Part shown: piece after piece, positions 29,511 to 37,173 of the stretch | Numbering within the stretch: position 1 is the first letter of the stretch | How the letters are laid out: every line of letters begins with the position of its first letter | Assembly (NCBI GenBank): GCA_037441705.1 | Contig: JBBIRR010000038.1 | Span: forward strand, 1-37,203 | From: Ignavibacteriales bacterium | GTDB taxonomy: Bacteria; Bacteroidota; Ignavibacteria; UBA10030; UBA6906 | Direction of reading: 5' to 3' | Length of the DNA: 37,203 nt | The notes under the pieces: model-generated | Told to the model about the DNA's origin: nothing | What the model saw: only the letters and a program-made list of their open reading frames with translations | Database searches by the model: none | Program-made: the position numbers and the translations under genes

Positions 29511-30732
29511 GAGGGCGTACGCGATTCAGGCGATCCAGAAGGTGAAGCGCCACGTCGAACTTCGGCATCAGCGGAAGGGTCTCCGCCGTCCCGTCGGCAC
29601 GGATGATGGTCACCCGGTTCGTCTCGGTACTGAAACCCGCGCCCGCCTCCGTCGGATTATTCAGCACGATCATGTCGAGATTTTTCGTCTTCAATTTTGT
29701 GCGGGCGTTGTCCACTCCGTTCTCCGTTTCCAGAGCAAAACCGACGAGCAGTTGATGTGTCTTCTTCTGGCCGAGCGATAGCAGAATGTCGGGGTTCTTT
29801 GTGAGGGTCAGGGTGAGCACATCGTCCGTCTGCCGCTCGCGCTTGATTTTTTGCTCGGCGGGATGTTCGACGGCGAAATCGGCAACGGCCGCCGCCATGA
29901 TGACGATATCGCTCGTCTCAAACTCCTGATGCACAGCCGCGTACATCTCACGCGCCGTACGCACGTCGATGCGGCGCACGTTGCGCGGCGTGCGAAGCTG
30001 CACGGGTCCCGCAATCAAGGTAACATCCGCTCCTCGAAGAGCAGCGGCGTTGGCGATGGCGAAACCCATCTTTCCCGAGGAGTAGTTGCCGATGAACCGC
30101 ACCGGATCGATCGGCTCGTACGTGGGTCCGGCAGTCACGAGAATACGTGTGCCACGCAAATCCTGATGGACTCGCTCGAGGATGTCGTCAACGGCCTTCA
30201 CCAGTGCGGCGATCTCCGGTAGGCGTCCGGCGCCGGAGAGACCGCTGGCGAGTTCTCCTTCCTCCGGGTCGATGATGAAACATCCGGACTCGCGGAGGAG
30301 AGCAATGTTCTCCTGCGTCGTTGTGTTGAAATACATGTCGACATCCATCGTGGGAGCGACTGCGAGCGGACAGCGAAGGGCCAGAACAAGTGTGGTCAGA
30401 AAGTCGTCGGCAAATCCGTGAGCGATCTTTGCAATGGTGTGGGCCGTAGCAGGCGCGATGAGCATCAGGTCGGCCCAGCGTGCCAGGTCGATGTGCTGCG
30501 TCCAGGAACGCGCGGTGATGTCCGTGCGGTCGGAGAACATGTCGGTGATGACCTCGCGCCGCGAAACGGTTGCAAGGGTCAGCGGCGTGACAAACTGGTG
30601 GGCCGCGCGGGTCATCACCACTTGCGTTTCTGCCCCTGCCTTGATGAGTTCGCGCACCAGGAGCGGGGCTTTGTATGCCGCGATGCCGCCGGTAACCCCG
30701 AGGATGATCTTCTTGCCGTCAAGCATGTGCAT
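29500..30732 (-). CDS. coaBC: Bifunctional phosphopantothenoylcysteine decarboxylase/synthetase
   Basis: GVTGGIAAYK, HIDLA, APATA, TAGPTYEPIDPVRFIGNYSSGKMG, AAVADF, VGFALET. Start may be 30726. Confidence 0.97.
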   Translation of the reverse strand: MHMLDGKKIILGVTGGIAAYKAPLLVRELIKAGAETQVVMTRAAHQFVTPLTLATVSRREVITDMFSDRTDITARSWTQHIDLARWADLMLIAPATAHTIAKIAHGFADDFLTTLVLALRCPLAVAPTMDVDMYFNTTTQENIALLRESGCFIIDPEEGELASGLSGAGRLPEIAALVKAVDDILERVHQDLRGTRILVTAGPTYEPIDPVRFIGNYSSGKMGFAIANAAALRGADVTLIAGPVQLRTPRNVRRIDVRTAREMYAAVHQEFETSDIVIMAAAVADFAVEHPAEQKIKRERQTDDVLTLTLTKNPDILLSLGQKKTHQLLVGFALETENGVDNARTKLKTKNLDMIVLNNPTEAGAGFSTETNRVTIIRADGTAETLPLMPKFDVALHLLDRLNRVRPHER

Positions 30733-30744
30733 GCCCGACGAGCG

Positions 30745-31089
30745 CTACTCCTCGTCGGTCTCCTTGTCCTCTTGCTTCTGTGCCTTCAGGACTTCCTCCG
30801 GCTCCTTGTAGCGCCATTCTAATTTTCCTGCCAGCAGTTCCTCGAGCGCAACGTCGGTCGGCTTCGGGCGCTTTTCGAACTCTATGCTCACGCGCAGTTG
30901 GTCGGGGTTTACGTCGTTCTCCTCGCTTTCGGACTCCGTCTTCTGCACGAACATGGAAATCCGCTGGTTGAATTCGATCTTGGTTTCCTCGTTGATCTGA
31001 CGCGCGCGTTTGGACATCGCCACGATTGCCTCGTAGGCATTCTTCGCTTTCGACGTCAGTTCTTCAATATCAACCGGCTTGATAGGCAT
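30745..31089 (-). CDS. rpoZ: RNA polymerase omega subunit (Bacteroidota-type)
   Basis: NAYEAIVAMSKRARQIN and KPTDVALEE motifs. Canonical position between gmk and coaBC. Confidence 0.88.
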   Translation of the reverse strand: MPIKPVDIEELTSKAKNAYEAIVAMSKRARQINEETKIEFNQRISMFVQKTESESEENDVNPDQLRVSIEFEKRPKPTDVALEELLAGKLEWRYKEPEEVLKAQKQEDKETDEE

Positions 31090-31100
31090 AGCCCTTCTCC

Positions 31101-31667
31101 TCATGATTGTAAATGATGTTCCACAATTCTCTGGACTTCGTCAACGGCAGTGCTCAGCACGTCGTTGATTACCTGATGGTCAAATTGTTGACCCAGTTCC
31201 AATTCCATCGGCACGCGGTGCAGGCGCTGGGCGATCGTCTCCGGGTCTTCGGTCTTGCGTCCGGCAAGACGCTGGGCGAGGACCTCGATGCTGGGCGGCC
31301 GCACAAAGATCAGGCACGCTTCCGGGTATTGCTTCTTGATGGCAAGACCGCCTTTGACATCGACATCGAACAGAACGTGCCGCCCGAGGCCGAGCAGCCG
31401 ATCGACTTCGGCTTTCAGCGTTCCGTACAATTTCCCGGGATAGACCTCCTCCCACTCGACGAACTCGCCGGCCTCGATGCGCCGACGAAATTCCTGCTCC
31501 GTCAAAAAGTAATAATCTTTTCCCTCAATCTCACCGTTGCGTTTCGGGCGGGTGGTTGCCGAAACGGAAAACCCCAGCGAAGGATTCCGCTTCATGATCT
31601 CACGGGCGATCGTCGTTTTGCCCGCGCCGCTCGGTGCGGAAATGACGATGAGTTTACCGCGTGGCAT
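31101..31667 (-). CDS. gmk: Guanylate kinase
   Basis: SAPSGAGKTT, SVSATTRPKR.GE..GKDYYF, YGT, DVDVKG, FVRPPS. Confidence 0.97.
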   Translation of the reverse strand: MPRGKLIVISAPSGAGKTTIAREIMKRNPSLGFSVSATTRPKRNGEIEGKDYYFLTEQEFRRRIEAGEFVEWEEVYPGKLYGTLKAEVDRLLGLGRHVLFDVDVKGGLAIKKQYPEACLIFVRPPSIEVLAQRLAGRKTEDPETIAQRLHRVPMELELGQQFDHQVINDVLSTAVDEVQRIVEHHLQS

Positions 31668-31682
31668 AAGGCGCCCGTCAAC

Positions 31683-32561
31683 TCACTCAATATTTTGCAA
31701 CTGCTCACGGATGCGTTCCAGCTCCTCCTTGATGGCGACCACAAGGTGAGCGATCTCGGCGGAGGTGCTCTTCGAGCCGATGGTGTTCGCTTCACGGTTC
31801 ATCTCTTGAATCAGAAAATTCAGCTTGCGGCCCGCCGCCTCGTCATCCTCCAGTGCTTCGAGGAAAAATTTGTTGTGGCTGCGGAAGCGGACACATTCTT
31901 CGGTCACGTCCAGGCGATCCGCCATCAGCGCGAGCTCCATCTCCAATCGCCCTTCATCAATCGTCTCCTGTTCCAAAAGCTGCTTGATGCGCTCGCGCAG
32001 CCGCATGCGCTCGGCCGGAATCTGTTCTGCCGAGAGCTTCTCGATCTGCGCGATCCGCTCTGCCAGCAAGCCGATGCGGTAGCGGAAATCCTTTTCCAGT
32101 TCCTTGCCCTCGTTCCGTTTCATCGTCAGGAGGTTCTCGATGGCCTCATCGAGCGCGCGCAGCAGCAACCCCCATTCCTGTTCGTCGGTATTCTCCAGCT
32201 CCACCGGCTCCAGCACCTCGGAGAACTGGAGAAGATGTTCCAACTTCACCGTCTGCTTCAGCTTCACGCTCTTGCGAAGCTCGTTCAAGAGCTTGTAGTA
32301 GCCTTTCGCAGCGGAGGCATTGATGCGTACCGGGATCGCGCCGTCGTTCGCATGTTCAACAAGAGCAAGCATATTGATCTTGCCCCGTGAAATCTTTTTT
32401 CGAATAATCTCCTTGATCTCGTTTTCGCGAGCCGAGAGCGACCGCGGGAGCCGGGTGGTCACTTCAAGGAACCGGCTGTTGACGCTCCGCAGTTCTACCG
32501 CTACGGTGATCTCCCGGGCACGCGCCTCCCCTCTGCCGTAGCCGGTCATGCTGGCTACCAT
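31683..32561 (-). CDS. yicC: YicC/YloC family endoribonuclease
   Basis: SMTGYG, ELRSVNSRFLE, RGK, DVTEE, GRKLNFLIQEMNREANTIGSK, REQLQNIE. Confidence 0.95.
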   Translation of the reverse strand: MVASMTGYGRGEARAREITVAVELRSVNSRFLEVTTRLPRSLSARENEIKEIIRKKISRGKINMLALVEHANDGAIPVRINASAAKGYYKLLNELRKSVKLKQTVKLEHLLQFSEVLEPVELENTDEQEWGLLLRALDEAIENLLTMKRNEGKELEKDFRYRIGLLAERIAQIEKLSAEQIPAERMRLRERIKQLLEQETIDEGRLEMELALMADRLDVTEECVRFRSHNKFFLEALEDDEAAGRKLNFLIQEMNREANTIGSKSTSAEIAHLVVAIKEELERIREQLQNIE

Positions 32562-32592
32562 TTCAACCTCGTATTTGGATGTTTCGGGACTA

Positions 32593-32600
32593 CAAAGGTA
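32593..32600 (-). promoter_or_regulatory. TAnnTTTG (-7) promoter box for the yicC operon
   Basis: Minus strand reads TTGCA...TACCTTTG about 30 nt upstream of the yicC ATG, matching the Bacteroidota -7 consensus. Confidence 0.5.
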
Positions 32601-32632
32601 AGCAAAAGCGGCTTTGCCTGCAACGCTCGGCG

Positions 32633-33244
32633 TCAGGCTTTGCGCGCCTCATACTTCCAGTTGCGTGACTTTCCTTCAGCCAGCCACGCGACCGTCGTCG
32701 CGATACGTTTTTCACGCGTCTCGGGCTTCTTTGCATCGGTGACCCATTCGATGTACTCCCGCTTGTGCGAGGGCGGGAAGCGTTCGAATGTGGCCAGAGC
32801 CTTGCTGTTTTTCTTCAGTGCAGCAGCAAGGTCGGCGGGTACGCGTACAGGTTTTTTTGCAGCAGGTTTCGAGCGTTTCACTTTTACGCCGGCCTCGTTC
32901 AATGCCGCCGCTTCTTTGATGTACGCGATCATCACCCTATCCGAGGGCAGGTCGTTCAGGCTGGTGATCTTGCCAAGGTGTCCCATCGCTTCATCCGAAG
33001 AGAGGATTTTGTGCCGGTCTTTCATCAGCGAAGCTTTCCAGAAGCCGAATGCACAGTGGTGCTTGAACGACGCCATGCTGCAGACGATTCCCTTGTAGTC
33101 GAAGTGGGGAAAACTCCACTTCATCGTCTCCTGCACATCGGGACAGGCTTTGTGGACGAGCGCGCGGAGGTGTTCGAGAATCGGGCGCGCAAATTCCGCA
33201 GCCTTTGCAATGTAGGCATCAACGCGAGGATCGTTCGTTCCCAT
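32633..33244 (-). CDS. YdeI/OmpD-associated family protein (DUF1801 + OmdA domains)
   Basis: DPRVDAYI, ETMKWSFPHF, FKHHC.FGFWK; C-terminal VPADL, PSHKREYIEWV..AKKPETREKRI. Confidence 0.85.
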   Translation of the reverse strand: MGTNDPRVDAYIAKAAEFARPILEHLRALVHKACPDVQETMKWSFPHFDYKGIVCSMASFKHHCAFGFWKASLMKDRHKILSSDEAMGHLGKITSLNDLPSDRVMIAYIKEAAALNEAGVKVKRSKPAAKKPVRVPADLAAALKKNSKALATFERFPPSHKREYIEWVTDAKKPETREKRIATTVAWLAEGKSRNWKYEARKA

Positions 33245-33310
33245 AAACAAACACGAAATGGTTGAACATGCAAAACGATATGCGTGATGTTCCGAGCCGA
33301 AGCGTGTGCG

Positions 33311-33883
33311 TTACTTCTTATTCTCTCGTGCTGCTGCCTCCTGCTGTGCTGCAGTCCACGGCGGCACGATGCCGTTCATGCGAGCGTAGGCGATGGACTG
33401 CCCGAGATGTTCGTGGTTATGGGCGAACGCAATCAGCAACATGCCGCGCACGGTGGTTTTCAGGCCGAAGAAGGTCGCGGGTTTTTCCAACTCCTTGTCG
33501 CTCATGTTGCTGATGGCTCCCTTCAGGAAATCGAACGACTTGTGCAGCTTGTCCGCGATCTCTTTCTTGTTTGTTGTGGATGCTTCGGCCTTCCCCATGT
33601 CGCTCAACTTGGGCAGCACGACGTCGTCGGGAAGTTTGATGCCCGCAAACGTTGCCAGCAGGTAATTTCCCCACGCGATATGCATGTACACTTCGCTGAT
33701 CGAGCGGACTCCCTCTGCGGGGCGCCACGTCATCTTTTCATCGGGGATGGCGTTTTCCAGATCCAGGATTTGTTTTTCCACGTAAGCGATCTGTGCGAGC
33801 AAGTCGCCTCGGAATCCGCTCGGCTCATCGGCATGCGACGACGCAGCAAGGAACAACAGCGAGCAACACAAGAGGCGTTTCAT
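33311..33883 (-). CDS. Exported DinB/YfiT-like four-helix protein
   Basis: Signal peptide; WRPAEGVRSISEV..HIA, HNHEHLGQ..AYARMNGIVPPW. AAGGAG SD before ATG 33883. Confidence 0.85.
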   Translation of the reverse strand: MKRLLCCSLLFLAASSHADEPSGFRGDLLAQIAYVEKQILDLENAIPDEKMTWRPAEGVRSISEVYMHIAWGNYLLATFAGIKLPDDVVLPKLSDMGKAEASTTNKKEIADKLHKSFDFLKGAISNMSDKELEKPATFFGLKTTVRGMLLIAFAHNHEHLGQSIAYARMNGIVPPWTAAQQEAAARENKK

Positions 33884-33967
33884 AACGCATCTCCTTCGGG
33901 GATTGGTGAATGAACGGTGAATGGCTGTCAAGTCTAAGCATTCTCAACACAAAACTCAACTGGACGC

Positions 33968-34864
33968 TCACATAGCCGAGGCAGCATCGGTGATCAAAGC
34001 TCGCAGCACGTTCATATTCTCTACATCCTCGTGCATGTCATCGCTTTTCGGGGTTTCGAGGATCTTGGGGATGTCGGCACAACGCGGATCGTTCATCAGC
34101 ATCCTGAACGCCGTCAGGCCGATCGTTCCTTTGCCGATATGTTCGTGGCGGTCGACGCGCGCGCCGCATTCGCGCCGGGAGTCGTTGACGTGCACGGCTA
34201 CAAGCCGCTCAAGCCCCAGAATCTCGTTAAACTCATGCAGCATGCTTTCCCATCCTTCCTCGGTGCTGATGTCGTACCCGGCAGCAAACAGATGGCACGT
34301 ATCGAGACAGACGGCCATACGGTTGCTCTCTTCGACGCGATCGATGATCCGACGCAGATGCTCGAACCGATATCCGACGGCGGTTCCTTGTCCGGCGGTG
34401 CACTCGAGCGTGGTCAGCACACGAACGTCCGGCGTTCGTTCGTGTACGAATGCAAGCGACTCGGCGATTCGTTTGATGCCCTCCTCCTCACCCGCGCCGA
34501 GGTGGGCGCCGGGATGCAAGATGAGCGCCGTGATGCCCAACGCGTCGCACCGCTGCAGCTCGTCGATGAGCGCATGGCGTGAGCGCTTCAGCGTAACCGG
34601 ATCGCGGGCGCACAGATTGATGAGATACGCGGCGTGGGCAACGACGGGGTTGATGGCCGTTCGCTCTTGTTCTGTCCTGAAGAGACGAACGTCTTCCGGC
34701 GTGAGCGGTGGGCCCGTCCATTGCGTATTGTTCTTCACGAACACCTGCATGGTCGTGCAGCCAACCTGCGCACCGCGTCGAAACGCCGTGTGCATGCCGT
34801 TCGCGATGGACATGTGGGCGCCAAGAAGGATCCTCCGTTGTGGCGATTGGTTGGCAGGCACCAT
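33968..34864 (-). CDS. nfo: Endonuclease IV (AP endonuclease)
   Basis: GAHMSIA, HAAYLINL, HPG, LECTAGQG, CLDTCHLFAAGYD, HVNDS, DRHEHIG.G, ILETP. Confidence 0.96.
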   Translation of the reverse strand: MVPANQSPQRRILLGAHMSIANGMHTAFRRGAQVGCTTMQVFVKNNTQWTGPPLTPEDVRLFRTEQERTAINPVVAHAAYLINLCARDPVTLKRSRHALIDELQRCDALGITALILHPGAHLGAGEEEGIKRIAESLAFVHERTPDVRVLTTLECTAGQGTAVGYRFEHLRRIIDRVEESNRMAVCLDTCHLFAAGYDISTEEGWESMLHEFNEILGLERLVAVHVNDSRRECGARVDRHEHIGKGTIGLTAFRMLMNDPRCADIPKILETPKSDDMHEDVENMNVLRALITDAASAM

Positions 34865-35128
34865 GGTTCAAAGATAAGCAAACGCGAAGAAACTGTTCGT
34901 GCCATTTCCGTCGGAACGTCCGGCATTCCCGCATGCGCGCTGCCATCTCCCGCAGAACATGCCGGGTTTTTCCTTCAACCATGGCTCAGTTTCGGCTGGC
35001 ATGTAACGTGAGACAGTATCGAGCAGCGAAGGGAGTGGATGCAACTTTCTCAAGTTTTTTGTAAGCTGGTTGCGCTCAGTACGCAACTCCATCAATTCAT
35101 CCCAATCACAATTCACAAGGAGATTGTT

Positions 35129-36016
35129 ATGAAACACGTGCTGCGTTTGTTCGGTGTCTGGACGCTCTGCCTGCTGTTGGTGCCGCGTCTCAGCGCTCAG
35201 TCGGATGCAGAGGCCGATTCCACCGGCTTGCCCGGCGACAACTTCAGTCTGGAGGGAGCGCTTGAGATGTTCAAGAAAGCCGGTTCGCCCGAAGAGTTCG
35301 AGAAACTCATCAACACAACCGACAACCACGTTAACAATCTCGACCTCAACGGCGATGGCGAGGTGGATTATGTTCGTGTTGTGGGGAAGATGGAGAAAGA
35401 CGCGCACGCGTTTGTGCTGCAGGTTCCCGTCTCCGAGACAGAGAGCCAGGACATTGCCGTCATCGAGCTGGAGAAGACAGGAGATGAATCGGCGGTGATC
35501 CAGATTATTGGTGATGAGGACATCTACGGCGAGCAGAAGATCGTCGAGCCGAAAGGTGAAGGCGAAGAAGATTCGGAGGATGATGGCGGCAACGGAGGCG
35601 GGCCCTCCGCGGGAAGCTGGACTGAAGCCTACGCGCCGATGCCCATTGTTGTTGTAAATGTGTGGGGATGGCCGTGCGTGCGCTATGTGTACGCGCCGAC
35701 CTACCGCGTGTGGGTCTCGCCGTGGCGATGGGCGGTGTATCCGGTGTGGTGGCGTCCGTGGCGACCTTTTGCCTGGCGTGTGTGGCATCCGTTCCGCGTG
35801 CGGCATCATGTGGGCTTTGCCGTCGTGCGCACGCATCGCGTTGTGCATGCGCACCGCATCTACGCGCCGCACAGGACAGTCTCTCTCACGGTGCACAAGC
35901 GCCACGGCGGCGCGGTGACGCATTACCGAACGACACGCACGGTCACCAAAACTAAAGGCGGGGCCGTGAAGGTCAAAACCACCCGCACGAAAACAACGGT
36001 CCGGAAGAAACGCTGA
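35129..36016 (+). CDS. Exported hypothetical protein with EF-hand-like DxNxDG motif and Trp/Arg/His-rich C-terminus
   Basis: AAGGAG SD, signal peptide, NNLDLNGDGEVDY, acidic N-half, W/P/R-rich segment then basic tail. Confidence 0.8.
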   Translation: MKHVLRLFGVWTLCLLLVPRLSAQSDAEADSTGLPGDNFSLEGALEMFKKAGSPEEFEKLINTTDNHVNNLDLNGDGEVDYVRVVGKMEKDAHAFVLQVPVSETESQDIAVIELEKTGDESAVIQIIGDEDIYGEQKIVEPKGEGEEDSEDDGGNGGGPSAGSWTEAYAPMPIVVVNVWGWPCVRYVYAPTYRVWVSPWRWAVYPVWWRPWRPFAWRVWHPFRVRHHVGFAVVRTHRVVHAHRIYAPHRTVSLTVHKRHGGAVTHYRTTRTVTKTKGGAVKVKTTRTKTTVRKKR

Positions 36017-36034
36017 GCGCGGCGCGATTTCAAC

Positions 36035-36062
36035 GTAGGGACGTTCCGACGAACGTCCCTAC
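36035..36062. repeat. GTAG-type REP-like palindrome
   Basis: GTAGGGACGTTC-cgac-GAACGTCCCTAC, a perfect 12-bp inverted repeat starting with GTAG, 18 nt after a stop codon. Confidence 0.65.
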
Positions 36063-36120
36063 AGGTTTTCTTGCTTCATTGCTTGAAGCCACGAGACACC
36101 GCCACACACTCCTTGCCTCC

Positions 36121-36202
36121 CGACCACGATTCACTCGATTCTCTTGATTACCACGATTACAAACCAATCATGGTAATCCTATAATCCCACAAATCACGGT
36201 CG
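36121..36202. repeat. Palindromic GATT/AATC repeat R1
   Basis: CGACCAC, GATT at 36128/37/46/55, loop, AATC at 36166/75/83/92, ACGGTCG. Confidence 0.9.
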
Positions 36203-36470
36203 AGACGGTTTGTATTTCTTGTTGTGCAGTCGATTGAATTCGAGGCTTCAGGCGCCGAAGTTTATCAAGAGGCCGACTTCAAGATTATATGCCTCGAGAT
36301 AATTCAACGCCTGCGCGAGATGCACATCCTCCAGTACCGTGAGCGCTTTGAGTTCAATCATGATCTTATCTTCTACAAGAAAATCAGCTCTTCGGGTGCC
36401 GACCTGTTGCTCCCGATAGAGAATCGGCATCTGTACTTTTCTGCACAAGTTCATACACTGCCCAATAGAC
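36194..36470 (-). pseudogene. Decayed GxxExxY-family gene (5' deletion plus in-frame stop)
   Basis: MPILY..QVGTRRADFLVEDKIMIELK...LLINFGA*SLEFNRLHNKKYKPSRP* aligns with the intact neighbour (FGARSLEFKRLHNKKYKPSEP*). TGA at 36248-50 replaces Arg, and the GxxExxY segment is missing. Confidence 0.88.
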
Positions 36471-36473
36471 TTC

Positions 36474-36554
36474 CGACCACGATTCACATGATTTGCTTGA
36501 TTACCACAATGACAGGTTAATCTCGATAATCCCTAAATCCCAAACATCGTGGTC
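36474..36554. repeat. Palindromic GATT/AATC repeat R2 (more degenerate)
   Basis: CGACCAC, GATT at 36481/90/99, AATC at 36519/28/36, CATCGTGGTC. Confidence 0.85.
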
Positions 36555-36637
36555 AGGCTTCGGTGAGACCGAGCGCATCGAAGACGACATCATCCAACGC
36601 CTTCCGGTCCGGCAGCGGATTGGGATGCTGGGATAAT
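36553..36637 (-). pseudogene. Short coding fragment between R3 and R2, resembling the C-terminal region of N6-adenine methyltransferase/type IIG-like RM proteins
   Basis: Minus frame reads LSQHPNPLPDRKALDDVVFDALGLTEA*. GC-rich relative to the flanks. Family resemblance is from memory, not a search. Confidence 0.5.
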
Positions 36638-36727
36638 GTCTGAACCACGATTCGCTCGATTCACTTGATTACCCAGATTACAAAAAATCAAGGTAATCCT
36701 AATAAACCCAAAAATCATGGTTCAGAC
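36638..36727. repeat. Palindromic GATT/AATC repeat R3 (best preserved)
   Basis: GTCTGAACCAC, GATT at 36649/58/67/76, loop, AATC at 36686/95, AAAC at 36704, AATC at 36713, ATGGTTCAGAC. Exact 9-nt spacing. Confidence 0.92.
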
Positions 36728-37101
36728 GGTTTATACTTCTTATTATGCAATCTCTTGAACTCCAAACTCCTTGCACCGAAGTTGATCAGCAAACCAATTT
36801 CCAGATTGTACGCTTCGAGATAGTTCATGGCTTGTGCAAGGTGGACGTCTTCGAGTTTGGTGAGAGCTTTAAGCTCGACACTGATTGTTTCTTCAACAAG
36901 AAAATCCACGCGTCGTGTTCCAACTTCGATGCCGTCATAATGGATCGGCATTTCAAATTCACGTGCAAACGTAAGCCCCTGCTTGCCCATTTCGATTTCC
37001 ATGCAGCGCTGATAAATCACTTCTTGGAATCCATTCCCCAGCGTCGAGTGCACCTTCATCGCACAGCCGATGATTTTTTGTGTAATATCTTCGTACTTCA
37101 T
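36715..37101 (-). CDS. GxxExxY protein (PD-(D/E)XK nuclease superfamily), 128 aa
   Basis: IIGCAMKVHSTLGNGFQEVIY (GxxExxY), RVDFLVE...VELK catalytic pattern, AQAMNYL, GLLINFG. Confidence 0.95.
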   Translation of the reverse strand: MKYEDITQKIIGCAMKVHSTLGNGFQEVIYQRCMEIEMGKQGLTFAREFEMPIHYDGIEVGTRRVDFLVEETISVELKALTKLEDVHLAQAMNYLEAYNLEIGLLINFGARSLEFKRLHNKKYKPSEP

Positions 37102-37173
37102 ACCACGATTCACTTGATTATTACGATAAAATAATCATGGTAATCCCATAATCCTAAAAATCACGGTTCAGAC
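37102..37173. repeat. Palindromic GATT/AATC repeat R4 (one 9-mer unit shorter)
   Basis: ACCAC, GATT at 37107/16, GATA at 37125, AATC at 37133/42/50/59, ACGGTTCAGAC. Confidence 0.9.

Noticed and set aside
36248-36250. In-frame TGA in the second GxxExxY copy as selenocysteine or programmed readthrough
   Set aside because: It aligns to Arg (consistent with CGA>TGA), not Cys, and the copy also lacks its N-terminal motif, so ordinary pseudogenisation is more likely.
36638-36727. Interpretation of the repeats as canonical integron attC sites
   Set aside because: R3 has AAC...GTT ends, but GTTCAGA does not fit GTTRRRY, R1/R2 have GAC...GTC instead, the 9-nt GATT periodicity is not an attC feature, and no IntI is visible. 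Kept only as an analogy.
36121-37173. Interpretation of R1-R4 as a CRISPR array
   Set aside because: Repeats are 72-90 bp and degenerate, spacers range from about 80 to 375 bp and include whole genes, and no cas genes are in the window.
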